Assembly (NCBI GenBank): GCA_028715395.1
Contig: JAQURY010000003.1
Span: forward strand, 1-49,715
Direction: 5' to 3'
DNA length: 49,715 nucleotides
From: Minisyncoccota bacterium
GTDB taxonomy: Bacteria; Patescibacteriota; Minisyncoccia; UBA6257; 02-FULL-45-10c
The first letter of the stretch is position 1. Each line of letters begins with the position of its first letter. The notes under the pieces were generated by a model, which saw nothing but the letters and a program-made list of their open reading frames with translations, ran no database searches and was not told the origin of the DNA. Position numbers and translations under genes: made by a program. This document shows, in pieces, positions 25,821 to 35,609 of the stretch.

Positions 25821-27296
25821 ATGACCAGATTATTTGAAATGCTTCCGGGCGCGCTGGCTTGGACGACTTTGATTCTTGCCGTTCTTTTATCTTGGCTTTT
25901 GCCGGTGTGGGTGGCTTACTTCATTATTCTTTTTGATACTTATTGGCTTTTTCGCGCGGTTTATCTGACTATAATTTTACAGACTTCTTTCAGAACCATG
26001 CGCAAAAACATGAAAATCGACTGGCTTAAAGAAACCGAAAAACTTGACAGAAATGATTGGCGCGAAATAAATCATTTGATTATTTTACCGATGTATAAAG
26101 AGCCGTATGAGATCGTGCGGGAATCTTTTGAAAGCCTTAGAAAATGCAATTACGACCTTAAAAAATTCATTTTAGTTCTGGCTACCGAGGAAAGAGCCGG
26201 AGATGAAGCGAAAATTACGGCGGAAAAAATAAAACAAGAATTTTCAGGATACTTTGGGCAATTAATGATAACGGCGCATCCGGCGGACTTGCCAAATGAA
26301 ATTATAGGAAAGGGATCAAATGAAACATGGGCAATCCAGGAAGTGAAGCGGGAAATTATAGATAAATTAAACATTCCTTACGAAAAAATATTAGTTTCCA
26401 TTTTTGACGTTGATACGCAAGTTTATCCGCAATATTTCGCTTGTCTCATTTATAATTTTTTGACCTGCAAGAATCCGCAGCGGTCCAGTTTCCAGCCGAT
26501 TCCGATTTTCGCCAATAATTTCGACAAAGTTTCTCCTTTCGCGCGGCTGGTTTCTTTTCAGTCCACTTTTTGGCAGATGATACAGCAAGCGCGTCCGGAG
26601 CGGCTGACCAGCTTTTCTTCGCATTCCATGCCGTTTAAAGCCCTGGTCGAAGTCGGTTACTGGCAGAAAGATATCGTTTCGGAAGATTCGCGCATTTTTT
26701 GGCAGTGTTTTTTGCATTACAACGGCGATTGGGAAGCGGTTCCTCTTTTATACCCGATTTCCATGGATGCCAATGCCGCGCCCACATTTTTGCAAAATAT
26801 GATTAATATTTATAAACAGCAAAGGCGCTGGGGCCATGGAGCGGAAAATGTCGCTTACGTCCTTGCGGGATTCGTTAAAAACAAATTAATAAGCTGGAAA
26901 AAGAAAGTTTATTGGATTTTTGAATTGGTTGAGGGATACCATTCTTGGGCTACCAGCTCATTGGTTATTGCGACTCTCGGTTGGCTGCCGACTTTAATTG
27001 GAGGAAATAATTTTAACGTTACTATTTTATCTTATAAGCTTCCGCAGATTACCAGCGAGATAATGACAATCGCAACTTTCGGCGTGATAAACACGGCAAT
27101 CCTGAGCTTAATTCTGATGTCTTTTTATTTTCAGAAAATTAAGACAAAAAATTATATTTTGTATTTTTTGGAATGGCTTTTAACTCCAATAACGCTCGTG
27201 TTGTTCGGATGTTTGCCGGCGCTGGAGGCGCAGACGCGCTTATTGATTGGAGGAAAACACAAGCTTGGCTTTTGGGTTACGCCGAAACACCGCTGA
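25821..27296 (+). CDS. membrane-bound family 2 glycosyltransferase (processive beta-glycan synthase-like)
   Basis: N- and C-terminal TM helices. FDVDTQ and QQRRWGHG (QxxRW) motifs. The start is taken at ATG 25821. Confidence 0.7.
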   Translation: MTRLFEMLPGALAWTTLILAVLLSWLLPVWVAYFIILFDTYWLFRAVYLTIILQTSFRTMRKNMKIDWLKETEKLDRNDWREINHLIILPMYKEPYEIVRESFESLRKCNYDLKKFILVLATEERAGDEAKITAEKIKQEFSGYFGQLMITAHPADLPNEIIGKGSNETWAIQEVKREIIDKLNIPYEKILVSIFDVDTQVYPQYFACLIYNFLTCKNPQRSSFQPIPIFANNFDKVSPFARLVSFQSTFWQMIQQARPERLTSFSSHSMPFKALVEVGYWQKDIVSEDSRIFWQCFLHYNGDWEAVPLLYPISMDANAAPTFLQNMINIYKQQRRWGHGAENVAYVLAGFVKNKLISWKKKVYWIFELVEGYHSWATSSLVIATLGWLPTLIGGNNFNVTILSYKLPQITSEIMTIATFGVINTAILSLILMSFYFQKIKTKNYILYFLEWLLTPITLVLFGCLPALEAQTRLLIGGKHKLGFWVTPKHR

Positions 27297-27297
27297 T

Positions 27298-28194
27298 TTA
27301 AGAAAGTTTATGGCCAGCGAGAAATTCTTTATAAGCCATCAATTTTTTTCCTTCAGGCTGAACTTTAAGGATTTCCAAAAATCCGTTATTCAGGGCGGCG
27401 TCGATAATTTTTAATCTGATTTGTTTTCCGTTGGCTTCTACTATGGCAAATACGCCCGGGTCGGGATTCAGGGCTTTAATTTTTCTGTAAATTATTCCCG
27501 GAGAATCTTTTTTTAAATCAACCTTGCCGTCTTCGGTTGCGAATTTTTTCGTAAAAGTCGCTTGTTTGTGGTCTTGTGTTTGAAGATTTATCGGAGCGCA
27601 CAAATGTCCGGGTTTTTTATGGGCGGAATCGTTTAATTTACAAGAAAAATCCGGCAAAATTTCCAGCAATAATTCAGCGCCAAGTTCGGCAAGCTTAACG
27701 TTTAAAGATTCATAATTTTCATCGCCATTTAGCCTGATTTTATCGCTTGTGATAATCGGCCCGTTGTCTATTTTTTCGTCCATAAGATAAATTGCTACGC
27801 CAGTTTCTTTCTCTCCGTTTAAAATAACGCTTTGAATCGGCGAAGAGCCGCGGTATTTAGGGAGAAGAGAGGGATGAACTCCGATGGTTTTGAGGCGCGG
27901 CATTTCAATTATTTCTTTCGAGATTATTTTGGCGTATGACGCCACTATAAATAGGTCAGCATCTATTTTTTTGAGGTCATCAACAGATTCTTTCAATTTT
28001 TTTGGTTGAAGTATTTTTATGGACCACTCATTTTTTTCGATAATCTGCTTAACGGGCGGGGAGGTCATTATTTTTTTTCTGCCTGCCGGCTGATCGGGAT
28101 TGCACACAACTGCCGCGGGCATATGCCCGCTTTCAACTAATTTTTTCAATATTATGGCCGCGAATTCCGGCGATCCAAAAAGTATTATTTTCAT
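27298..28194 (-). CDS. fmt: methionyl-tRNA formyltransferase
   Basis: HPSLLPKYRGSSPIQ motif, immediately downstream of def. Confidence 0.88.
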   Translation of the reverse strand: MKIILFGSPEFAAIILKKLVESGHMPAAVVCNPDQPAGRKKIMTSPPVKQIIEKNEWSIKILQPKKLKESVDDLKKIDADLFIVASYAKIISKEIIEMPRLKTIGVHPSLLPKYRGSSPIQSVILNGEKETGVAIYLMDEKIDNGPIITSDKIRLNGDENYESLNVKLAELGAELLLEILPDFSCKLNDSAHKKPGHLCAPINLQTQDHKQATFTKKFATEDGKVDLKKDSPGIIYRKIKALNPDPGVFAIVEANGKQIRLKIIDAALNNGFLEILKVQPEGKKLMAYKEFLAGHKLS

Positions 28195-28688
28195 TATTTA
28201 TATGTAGCTTTTGATTCGTCTTCTATTTGATAGATTTTTTTGGCCTTATCAATAAACAAAATTCCGTTAAGATGGTCGGTTTCATGCTGGAAGACGCGCG
28301 CCAAAAGTCCCCAGGCCTTAATTTTTATTTTTTTGCCGTTGTTGTCCTTGCCCTCCATGGTAATTTTTTCAGGCCTTTCCACCGGGCCGAAAAATCCCGG
28401 CACGCTTAAGCATCCTTCTTCCAAAACAGATGTTTCTTTCGACAGTTTTGTTATTTTTGGATTAAAAACCGCGTATGCTTTTTCTCCGACTTTTGCCACG
28501 AAAACTTTCATATCCAGCCCGACTTGATTGGCGCTTAACCCGATGCCATTTTCCCTTTTCATTATTTCGCGCATTTGCTGAAGTAAATCGCGGATTTCTT
28601 TTTTATTATGTTCTGAAAAATCAAAATCGCGAGTTTTTTGCCTCAAAAACTTTTCTTCTTTTTTATTGTTTATTGTGAATATTTTCAT
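28194..28688 (-). CDS. def: peptide deformylase
   Basis: GIGLSANQVG, EGCLSVPG and QHETDHLNG. Confidence 0.92.
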   Translation of the reverse strand: MKIFTINNKKEEKFLRQKTRDFDFSEHNKKEIRDLLQQMREIMKRENGIGLSANQVGLDMKVFVAKVGEKAYAVFNPKITKLSKETSVLEEGCLSVPGFFGPVERPEKITMEGKDNNGKKIKIKAWGLLARVFQHETDHLNGILFIDKAKKIYQIEDESKATYK

Positions 28689-28693
28689 TTAAA

Positions 28694-28966
28694 TTATTTA
28701 TTTTTTTCTTCTTTTAAAACTTTCATAAAGTATGCACCCCTGTTTCTAATGTCCTTTTTTTCGGCTATTTTTCTTGCCAATCCGATTAAAAACTGGGAAT
28801 TGTGGATTTTTGAAAGCTTGATATAAAGCGCCTTGTGGGAATTGTCATTTAAAATTTCCGCCAGCATCAGTCCCGTGGCCTGATATGATTTATAGACTTT
28901 TGATTGTTTACCGCGTTCTTCAAGCAGCTCAAAATAATTATCATTCAGCTTTTTAATGTTTTCCAT
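28694..28966 (-). CDS. hypothetical protein
   Basis: 90-aa ORF directly upstream of def on the same strand. Confidence 0.5.
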   Translation of the reverse strand: MENIKKLNDNYFELLEERGKQSKVYKSYQATGLMLAEILNDNSHKALYIKLSKIHNSQFLIGLARKIAEKKDIRNRGAYFMKVLKEEKNK

Positions 28967-28991
28967 TGTGGTATCTTATATATGATAACTT

Positions 28992-29549
28992 ATGCAGAGA
29001 CGTTTGTTTATATCTATAAATTTGCCGGATGAAATAAAATCCCGGATTAAAAAAGAAATCGATAAATTGCCCGGCCTAGCCGGAATTAAGTTTGCGAATC
29101 CGGAAACATGGCATATTACCCTGATTTTTTTGGGAGATCAAGAGGATTCGGCCATTCATGGGATAATCGGCGCAATGTCCGCCGTTTCAGAGGATTTTGA
29201 AGCTCCGCCGGTAACTTTTTCGGACATTGGCTACGGCCCTTCCGAGCGGACTCCCCGGATGATCTGGCTGAACGGGACTTTGGAAGCCTCAAAATTACTT
29301 TCTCCTTTAAGAGACAGACTGTCCGATGAACTGGCTAACAAGGGGGTAAATTTTATGCAAGAAAGGAAAATGTTTAAAGTTCACGTAACTTTGGCAAGAT
29401 TGAAAAATAACCAAGAAGAGCTGCCGGAATTAAATTATGCCCTGAAAAATCCGCTTAATTTTATTCCGGAAAGTTTTGATTTAATGGAATCTTTTTTGTC
29501 TTCTTCGGGCGCCGAGCATGCGGTTTTACAAAAAATATATTTCAATTAG
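28992..29549 (+). CDS. thpR: RNA 2',3'-cyclic phosphodiesterase (2H family, LigT/ThpR)
   Basis: Two HxT motifs: WHITLIFLG and VHVTLARL. Confidence 0.8.
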   Translation: MQRRLFISINLPDEIKSRIKKEIDKLPGLAGIKFANPETWHITLIFLGDQEDSAIHGIIGAMSAVSEDFEAPPVTFSDIGYGPSERTPRMIWLNGTLEASKLLSPLRDRLSDELANKGVNFMQERKMFKVHVTLARLKNNQEELPELNYALKNPLNFIPESFDLMESFLSSSGAEHAVLQKIYFN

Positions 29550-29561
29550 AATTATAAAGAC

Positions 29562-30833
29562 ATGAAGATGCTGGCAGTTATCAAAAATTTTACGGTTAAA
29601 AACAAATCTCTTCTTACCGGAATTTTGACGGTTGCGGTTTTGTTGTCCGCAATTGGAATGTCTTATTATGCCGGTTATCGTCTGGGAGTAACCAATCCGC
29701 AAACCATAATAGTAAAAGGAGTTGATAATAAAGATATTGAAGCCGAACAGGTGAAGAATGCCGATTTCGGCGTTTTCTGGCAGGTTTGGCAGAAATTAAA
29801 AGATGAGCACATTAAAGGAGCGGAGGCGAAAGACAAAGATTTGGTTTATGGCGCAATAAAAGGATTGGTAGATTCTCTCGGAGATCCCAACACTAATTTT
29901 TTGCCGCCTTCCGACGCGAAAAAATTTGAACAAGATGTGACGGGAAGTTTCGGCGGCGTGGGGGCAGAATTGGGAATGAAAGACGGCTTGGTGGTGGTGA
30001 TTGCTCCTCTTGCGGAAAGCCCGGCGGAAAAAGCTGGAATATTGGCGGGAGATAAAATTATTGAAGTTGATCATAAAAATATTGAAGGATTGGATGTTAA
30101 TGAAGCGGTGAAAAAAATTCGAGGAGAAATAGGAACTCAGGTTACGCTGACTGTTCTTCATAACGGAAACGAAAAGCCGGTTGATATAACCATAACTAGG
30201 GCTAGAATCGAAGTGCCGACGTTAAAGATGGAAATGAAGGAAAACAACATAGCTCATATTCAGCTGTATCAATTTAATGACAATGCATCTTTTCTTTTTT
30301 ATAAATCGGCAATAAGCGTGCTTTTCGGCCAGAGCAAGGGAATAATTTTGGATTTAAGAAATAATCCGGGCGGATATCTTGAGGTGGCGGTTAATCTTGC
30401 AGGCTGGTTTGTGGACAGGGGAAATGTCGTCGTTACCGAAAAATTCAGGAGCGGCAAAGAAGCCCCATTTAATTCAAATGGCAATGCGGCCTTGAAAGAC
30501 ATTCCTATGGTTGTTTTGATGAATAAGGGTTCGGCTTCGGCATCGGAAATTTTAGCCGGAGCTTTGCGTCATTATGTAAAAGCTAAATTAATAGGCGAAA
30601 ACAGTTTTGGAAAAGGGACTGTGCAGGAATTACAAACCTTGAAAGACGGTTCGGAGATTAAAATTACCATCGCCCAATGGCTTTTGCCTGACGGTAAAGT
30701 ATTGGATGAAGCGGGGTTGAAGCCGGACATTGAAGTTAAAATGACAGAGCAGGACATTAAAGACAAAAAAGACCCGCAATTAGATAGAGCTATTCAGGAA
30801 TTGAATAAGATGATATCGGCCAAACAGCAATAA
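29562..30833 (+). CDS. S41 family carboxy-terminal processing peptidase with a PDZ domain
   Basis: N-terminal TM anchor, PDZ (AGILAGDKIIEVD), catalytic GSASASEI and FGKGTVQ. Confidence 0.85.
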   Translation: MKMLAVIKNFTVKNKSLLTGILTVAVLLSAIGMSYYAGYRLGVTNPQTIIVKGVDNKDIEAEQVKNADFGVFWQVWQKLKDEHIKGAEAKDKDLVYGAIKGLVDSLGDPNTNFLPPSDAKKFEQDVTGSFGGVGAELGMKDGLVVVIAPLAESPAEKAGILAGDKIIEVDHKNIEGLDVNEAVKKIRGEIGTQVTLTVLHNGNEKPVDITITRARIEVPTLKMEMKENNIAHIQLYQFNDNASFLFYKSAISVLFGQSKGIILDLRNNPGGYLEVAVNLAGWFVDRGNVVVTEKFRSGKEAPFNSNGNAALKDIPMVVLMNKGSASASEILAGALRHYVKAKLIGENSFGKGTVQELQTLKDGSEIKITIAQWLLPDGKVLDEAGLKPDIEVKMTEQDIKDKKDPQLDRAIQELNKMISAKQQ

Positions 30834-30858
30834 AAAACTCCGCATTGCGGAGTTTTTT
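30832..30858. terminator. bidirectional intrinsic terminator
   Basis: aaaaaactccgc-att-gcggagtttttt. Confidence 0.8.
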
Positions 30859-31135
30859 AAACGGTTATTACATCGACTATTTTGATATATCTTGTTGAGC
30901 CGTCAAAGCGTGTTTTTTTGGATGAGCGGAATTTCACTTTGCCGCTTTTCATTGAATAAATAGTATCGTCTCCCCCTACTTTAACATTCTTTCCGGCGAC
31001 GTATTTAGAACCTCTCTGGCGGAGTATAATTTCGCCTGGCCTTATCGGCTGGCCGTCTTGTTTTTTGACTCCCAAGCGTTTGGCTTCTGAGTCGCGGGCG
31101 TTTTTAGTTGTTCCTAGTGATTTAGTATGCGCCAT
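30857..31135 (-). CDS. rpmA: 50S ribosomal protein L27
   Basis: MAHTKSLGTTKNARDSEAKRLGVKK...ILRQRGSKY..GKNV..GGDDT. Confidence 0.92.
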   Translation of the reverse strand: MAHTKSLGTTKNARDSEAKRLGVKKQDGQPIRPGEIILRQRGSKYVAGKNVKVGGDDTIYSMKSGKVKFRSSKKTRFDGSTRYIKIVDVITV

Positions 31136-31197
31136 ATCTGATTTGAAGCAGTTCTTGCTTCGTTTTAATTGTTTTTAAATTATATTAAAATAAATAA

Positions 31198-31350
31198 ATG
31201 ATGTCAAATATAAGGGATTTTTTGAAGAAACGCGAAGTTATTTTGTTCTTGTTGCTGTTTTTGATCGCTTCCGTAAGTTTCGGAATAGGCTATCTGGCGG
31301 CCGGGGAGTACGGCAAAAATCCGATTATTATAGAAAAATGCTCAAAATAA
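31198..31350 (+). CDS. candidate 50-aa membrane peptide
   Basis: MMSNIRDFLKKREVILFLLLFLIASVSFGIGYLAAGEYGKNPIIIEKCSK, with a single TM helix. It is below the 60-aa cutoff of the ORF track. Confidence 0.35.
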   Translation: MMSNIRDFLKKREVILFLLLFLIASVSFGIGYLAAGEYGKNPIIIEKCSK

Positions 31351-31352
31351 TA

Positions 31353-31392
31353 TTTGTATAGTATATGCTAATATTAGCATATACTATACAAA
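31353..31392. repeat. 40-bp perfect palindrome, copy 3 of 3
   Basis: TTTGTATAGTATATGCTAATATTAGCATATACTATACAAA. Confidence 0.95.
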
Positions 31393-31411
31393 GTTAAGAT
31401 TTGGAATTAAT

Positions 31412-31440
31412 AAAAACACCCGCTTGAGCGGGTGTTTTTA
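31412..31440. terminator. bidirectional intrinsic terminator
   Basis: aaaaacacccgc-ttga-gcgggtgttttt. Confidence 0.8.
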
Positions 31441-31465
31441 AAGTTTTAATTTCAGTTCGAGATTA

Positions 31466-31879
31466 TTATTTCTTTGCGGGAGCAGGAGTTGTCGGCTGAG
31501 TTGCGGCAGGGGCTACGGGCAAGGTTCCTTCTATGGCTTTTACCACATCGCTATCCGACTGAAGGAAGGCCCAGAATTCCACTTGTTCGTCATTAATGTA
31601 AATCGGTTCTTTCGGCGCCCAGACGGAATCAGTTAATTTCTTAACAGTTAATTCTCCGGTTTCCTGATTTTCTTCTATGTAGACTACATTGGTCATGCTC
31701 ATCCTGGGAAATTTATGCAATTCTCCGAAATAAGTGTCTCCCGTTATAAGATGGACTGCCGCGTATTTTTTCTCGGATTTCCAGGAGCCGACTTTATTGA
31801 TTAAAACGGCGATGATTATCGCCAAAATTATTATTGTTGCGCCCAAAGCGATTGAGCGGCTTGTTTTTGTGTTAAGCAT
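31466..31879 (-). CDS. hypothetical membrane-anchored protein with a Pro/Thr/Ala-rich C-terminus
   Basis: 137 aa with an N-terminal TM helix (IALGATIIILAIIIAVLI), downstream of the pilin-like gene. Confidence 0.55.
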   Translation of the reverse strand: MLNTKTSRSIALGATIIILAIIIAVLINKVGSWKSEKKYAAVHLITGDTYFGELHKFPRMSMTNVVYIEENQETGELTVKKLTDSVWAPKEPIYINDEQVEFWAFLQSDSDVVKAIEGTLPVAPAATQPTTPAPAKK

Positions 31880-31936
31880 TTATTTTTTATTTTTTATTTT
31901 TCGACCTGATTTTAATTTAAGTTATAATTTTAAAAA

Positions 31937-33871
31937 TTAATAATTTCCTGCAGCGCAAAGGCATACGGAATTACCTGTCGTAGAGCAAGCCTTAGCCTGT
32001 TGCTGAGCTTCATATGTAAAAGCTTTAATGCATTGTCCAGATACATAAGAATCATTACATCTGTCGTCGCAACTTTGACCAGTAGCGCTATTGGTTTCAT
32101 ATATTTTTGTATAACCGAATTGTACTACCCCCTCTGTTTTTACGCTTCCATTTACATGTAATTTATAAGAACCGGTATCTGTTGTTCCAATACCTACATT
32201 GCCGGAGGATGGCATTAAAACTATATTACTTCCATCAAAATTAGATTGAAGAATTACATTGCTTCTTTGAGTTATTGTGAATGAAGCTGTTGGATCATAG
32301 TTTTCCGAAAGTGATACGTGATATATGTTTTGTTCCGCTCTGGCAATAATGCGAAGCATTGAGTCTTGATCCGATCTTGCAAGCGTAAGGGCAGCAACAG
32401 GGGTTGTTGTTCCAATGCCCACAAAACCGCTTGTCTGGGCGAGCGTTACGCCGGCGGCATAAGCGGATCCATTGTGATATTTCAGAGTAAGATTATTGCC
32501 CTGAATAGCCAAAGTACTTGGCTGGGAAATAAGGTTAGCGCCGGCATCAAGTGTAATCGGTCTAGCCATCCCGGCGGTATACATGTTTACTACTAATTTT
32601 CCTGCCGTAGAGCCGGAATTACCCGAACCGATCGTTACGGTCGGAGTGGTTCCGACAACGTGAAGTATACTGGCCGGTGTTGTAGTTCCAACGCCGACGT
32701 TGCCTGCATTTGTTATTCTCATTTTTTCCGTCGGAGTACTGCCGGGTGTATTTGATGGAGTTGTCAAAAACGCGATATGTCCGGGAGTGCCGCCGCCGCC
32801 ATCCCAGTCTCCCGGTCCGGAAATTGATTGTATTCTAGACATTTCTCCTACACTTGACGCATTAGAGCCTTCATTGGAGAAAAAAGATATCGCGCCCAAA
32901 TTATCGCCCCCGGTAGTGTTGGTGAAAGAACCAGAGGAAGATATTCTTAAAGTAGCTGCATCCTTAACTCCAATCATAGAAAGAACAGTTAATGGAGTTG
33001 TCGTTCCGATGCCGACATTACCGCCATCTTTTATGTAAAGTCTTGCAGTTGAATTGTCTTCATAAATTCCGAAATCCACTCCGTATCCGCCATTTTTAAT
33101 ACTGAACACATCGCTACCGCCGTACTTTAATCTTATGGCGGGTTTATTGGAATAGCTACTGACGATTACATCCGTATCGCCGGTTCCTCCGCTATCTTGC
33201 GTTATTAATACATCCTTATTTAAAATATGCAGTCCTTCGGAAGGCGCAACAGTTCCTATCCCGACATTTCCTGAAAAATACGCGTTTTTCCACGCTCTCG
33301 GGGTCGTTAGTCCCAAACTGTAAGTGTCGTTCGCTCCGGGAACCAAGTCGGAATCAAAAACCGCGGCGTTAACTCTTCCAATAATAGAAGTTAATGTTTT
33401 GGAAAATGTTAATTGAGAATTTTCAGAATTATATTCTACTGTCATGTCCACCAGCACGGAGTCGTGCGCTTTTGGCGAAGAAATTTTAGTGAATTCCAAC
33501 TGAGAAACAGTTACCTTTTCATTTGAAAGAGGCACTGGAGCCGCGGTTCCCTGGCGGATATAAACTGTTCCGCCGGAAGCGTAAATTGTAGTTGAGCCCG
33601 TGGTTTCGTCCTGCATGCGTAAAGACAGAATTGTTTCCGAAGTTGTTGAAGCTACGTCAATCAAGCTAGAGGATCTGACGTATTTTTGAATAGTTTGCGA
33701 AATGAAGTTCATTTGAGAAACAACTTCATTTGAAGCGGTCTGGCGATTACTGATTCTTTGTGTATTGGTAAAAATTCCGCCGAGCAAAGCGCCCGACACT
33801 CCAAGAATGGCGGTGTAAATCAAAATTTCAACTAATACTACTCCGCGAGAATTTTTATTATTGAAAAACAT
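31937..33871 (-). CDS. giant type IV pilin-like protein with GNVGIGT repeats and a Cys-rich C-terminal domain
   Basis: Prepilin signal NSRG|VVLVE (Gly-1, Glu+5) plus a hydrophobic helix. Five G(N/F)VG(I/V)GT repeats at aa 201, 284, 390, 482 and 557. Seven Cys in the last 44 aa. Confidence 0.75.
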   Translation of the reverse strand: MFFNNKNSRGVVLVEILIYTAILGVSGALLGGIFTNTQRISNRQTASNEVVSQMNFISQTIQKYVRSSSLIDVASTTSETILSLRMQDETTGSTTIYASGGTVYIRQGTAAPVPLSNEKVTVSQLEFTKISSPKAHDSVLVDMTVEYNSENSQLTFSKTLTSIIGRVNAAVFDSDLVPGANDTYSLGLTTPRAWKNAYFSGNVGIGTVAPSEGLHILNKDVLITQDSGGTGDTDVIVSSYSNKPAIRLKYGGSDVFSIKNGGYGVDFGIYEDNSTARLYIKDGGNVGIGTTTPLTVLSMIGVKDAATLRISSSGSFTNTTGGDNLGAISFFSNEGSNASSVGEMSRIQSISGPGDWDGGGGTPGHIAFLTTPSNTPGSTPTEKMRITNAGNVGVGTTTPASILHVVGTTPTVTIGSGNSGSTAGKLVVNMYTAGMARPITLDAGANLISQPSTLAIQGNNLTLKYHNGSAYAAGVTLAQTSGFVGIGTTTPVAALTLARSDQDSMLRIIARAEQNIYHVSLSENYDPTASFTITQRSNVILQSNFDGSNIVLMPSSGNVGIGTTDTGSYKLHVNGSVKTEGVVQFGYTKIYETNSATGQSCDDRCNDSYVSGQCIKAFTYEAQQQAKACSTTGNSVCLCAAGNY

Positions 33872-33902
33872 AGGGAGTTATCTATACATATATTATAGCA
33901 CA

Positions 33903-34505
33903 TCATATTCCATTGGGGTCTGTTAATAAAATCAAAATTGTTTTGAAAATTATTTTCAAATCCATCCAGAGCGATCGGCGGTTTATATAATAATTATCCA
34001 GCTCCAATTCTTTTAAAAAGGGAAGATTGGAAGCTCCGCTGACTTGGGAAAGGCCGGTGGCGCCGGCTTTGGCAAGCGTCAGATGGCGGTATTCAAAAGG
34101 ATAATTAAGCACCTCCTCCGGTTCGTGCGGCCGCGGTCCCACCAGCGACAATTTTCCCGTCAGGACGTTAAAAAGCTGGGGAAATTCATCTAATTTGAGC
34201 TTTCTCAAAAATCTCCCCACCCTGGTCACGCGCGGATCCTTTTTGATTTTGAAAAAAGGACCGTCTTTTCTTTCGTTCTGTTCTTTCAGATGTTCCTTGG
34301 CGAGCTGAGCGTTGGCTATCATGGAGCGGAACTTATAGACCATAATTGTTTTACCCTTGCTGACGCGGGGAAGTTTCACGAAAACCGGTCCGCGGGAATC
34401 AAGTTTTATGGCTAGGGCGATAAAAGGAGTGAAAGGCGTTATTATCAGAAGGCCGAGCAAGGAGCCGATAATGTCCAAAAATCGTTTCAAGATTGAATAA
34501 AGCAT
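33903..34505 (-). CDS. bacterial sugar transferase (polyprenyl-phosphate hexose-1-phosphate transferase type)
   Basis: KFRSM, DPRVTRVGRFLRKLKLDEFPQLFNVLTGKLSLVGPRP. The start is set at MLYSILKRF (34505). Confidence 0.8.
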   Translation of the reverse strand: MLYSILKRFLDIIGSLLGLLIITPFTPFIALAIKLDSRGPVFVKLPRVSKGKTIMVYKFRSMIANAQLAKEHLKEQNERKDGPFFKIKKDPRVTRVGRFLRKLKLDEFPQLFNVLTGKLSLVGPRPHEPEEVLNYPFEYRHLTLAKAGATGLSQVSGASNLPFLKELELDNYYINRRSLWMDLKIIFKTILILLTDPNGI

Positions 34506-34529
34506 TATACAATTATAATATAAATTATC

Positions 34530-35609
34530 ATGAAAATCGCCCTGGTCCACGATTACTTAAATCAATATGGCGGAGCCGAAAGAGTTCTGGAAACGCTTTG
34601 CGAGATTTTTCCGGACGCGCCGATTTTTACTCTTATTCATGATGAAGAAAAATCTCTCGGGCGTTTTAAAAATAAAATAGAAGGCACAAGTTTTTTGAAT
34701 AGAAAATTCGTGGCGAGAAACCACAGAATGTTTATTCCGCTGATGCCGTTTGCGGCTTCGCAGATGAATATAGGAAAAGAATACGACGTTATTTTGTCCG
34801 CGAGCGCGGGATACGCCAAAGGAATGAATTTTCATCCGGAGTCATACCATATTTTTTATTGTTATACTCCTCTCCGCTATGCCTGGGAATACCACAAATA
34901 TTTCAACTGGCATCCCGCCGTGAAATTGGCGGCGTCTCCGGTGTCTTGGTATCTGCGCAACTGGGATTTCAGGGCCGCGCAGAAGCCGGACAAGATTTTA
35001 GCGGTTTCAAATTACATTTCCGGAAAAATAAAAGATTATTACAGCCGCGATTCCGAAGTTTTATATCCTCCCGTTGATACAAAAATATTTTATAAAGAAA
35101 AAAATTCCAGGCCCAAAGGATATTTTTTGGCGGCGGGCCGGCTGATGCATTACAAGCGTTTTGATTTGATAATTGAAGCGTTCAATAAATTGAATTTGCC
35201 GCTTTTGATTACGGGAGACGGGCCGGAACTGAAAAATCTCCAGAGCTTGGTGCGTTCGCCGAAGATAGACTTTATTCCTTTTGTTCCGGAAGGCGAATTG
35301 CGGAAATTATATAATGAGGCCGAAGCGCTGATTTTCCCGCAAGTGGAAGATTTTGGCCTGGTGGCGGCCGAAGCGCAGGCGTGCGGAACCCCCGTCATTG
35401 CTTTTAACGGAGGAGGAGCCGCGGAAATCGTGAAGGGCGGAACAACGGGCATATTTTTTGAAGACCAATCGCCGGAGAGTTTGGCGCTGGCGGTTAAAAG
35501 ATTTTTGCTTTCGTCTTTTGACGGAAAAGAAATAGAAAAATCGGCGCAAAGATTCGCCAAATCAAAATTTACCGACAAAATATTAAAAATCGTAAAACAG
35601 CATGAATAA
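34530..35609 (+). CDS. GT-B fold glycosyltransferase (family 4-like)
   Basis: MKIALVHDYLNQYGGAERV at the N-terminus and FPQVEDFGLVAAEAQACGTPVIA at the C-terminus. Confidence 0.8.
   Translation: MKIALVHDYLNQYGGAERVLETLCEIFPDAPIFTLIHDEEKSLGRFKNKIEGTSFLNRKFVARNHRMFIPLMPFAASQMNIGKEYDVILSASAGYAKGMNFHPESYHIFYCYTPLRYAWEYHKYFNWHPAVKLAASPVSWYLRNWDFRAAQKPDKILAVSNYISGKIKDYYSRDSEVLYPPVDTKIFYKEKNSRPKGYFLAAGRLMHYKRFDLIIEAFNKLNLPLLITGDGPELKNLQSLVRSPKIDFIPFVPEGELRKLYNEAEALIFPQVEDFGLVAAEAQACGTPVIAFNGGGAAEIVKGGTTGIFFEDQSPESLALAVKRFLLSSFDGKEIEKSAQRFAKSKFTDKILKIVKQHE

Noticed and set aside
31937-33871. A diversity-generating retroelement targeting the C-terminus of the giant pilin.
   Set aside because: There is no reverse transcriptase gene in the window, and I found no template-repeat copy of the 3' end of the gene in neighbouring non-coding DNA.
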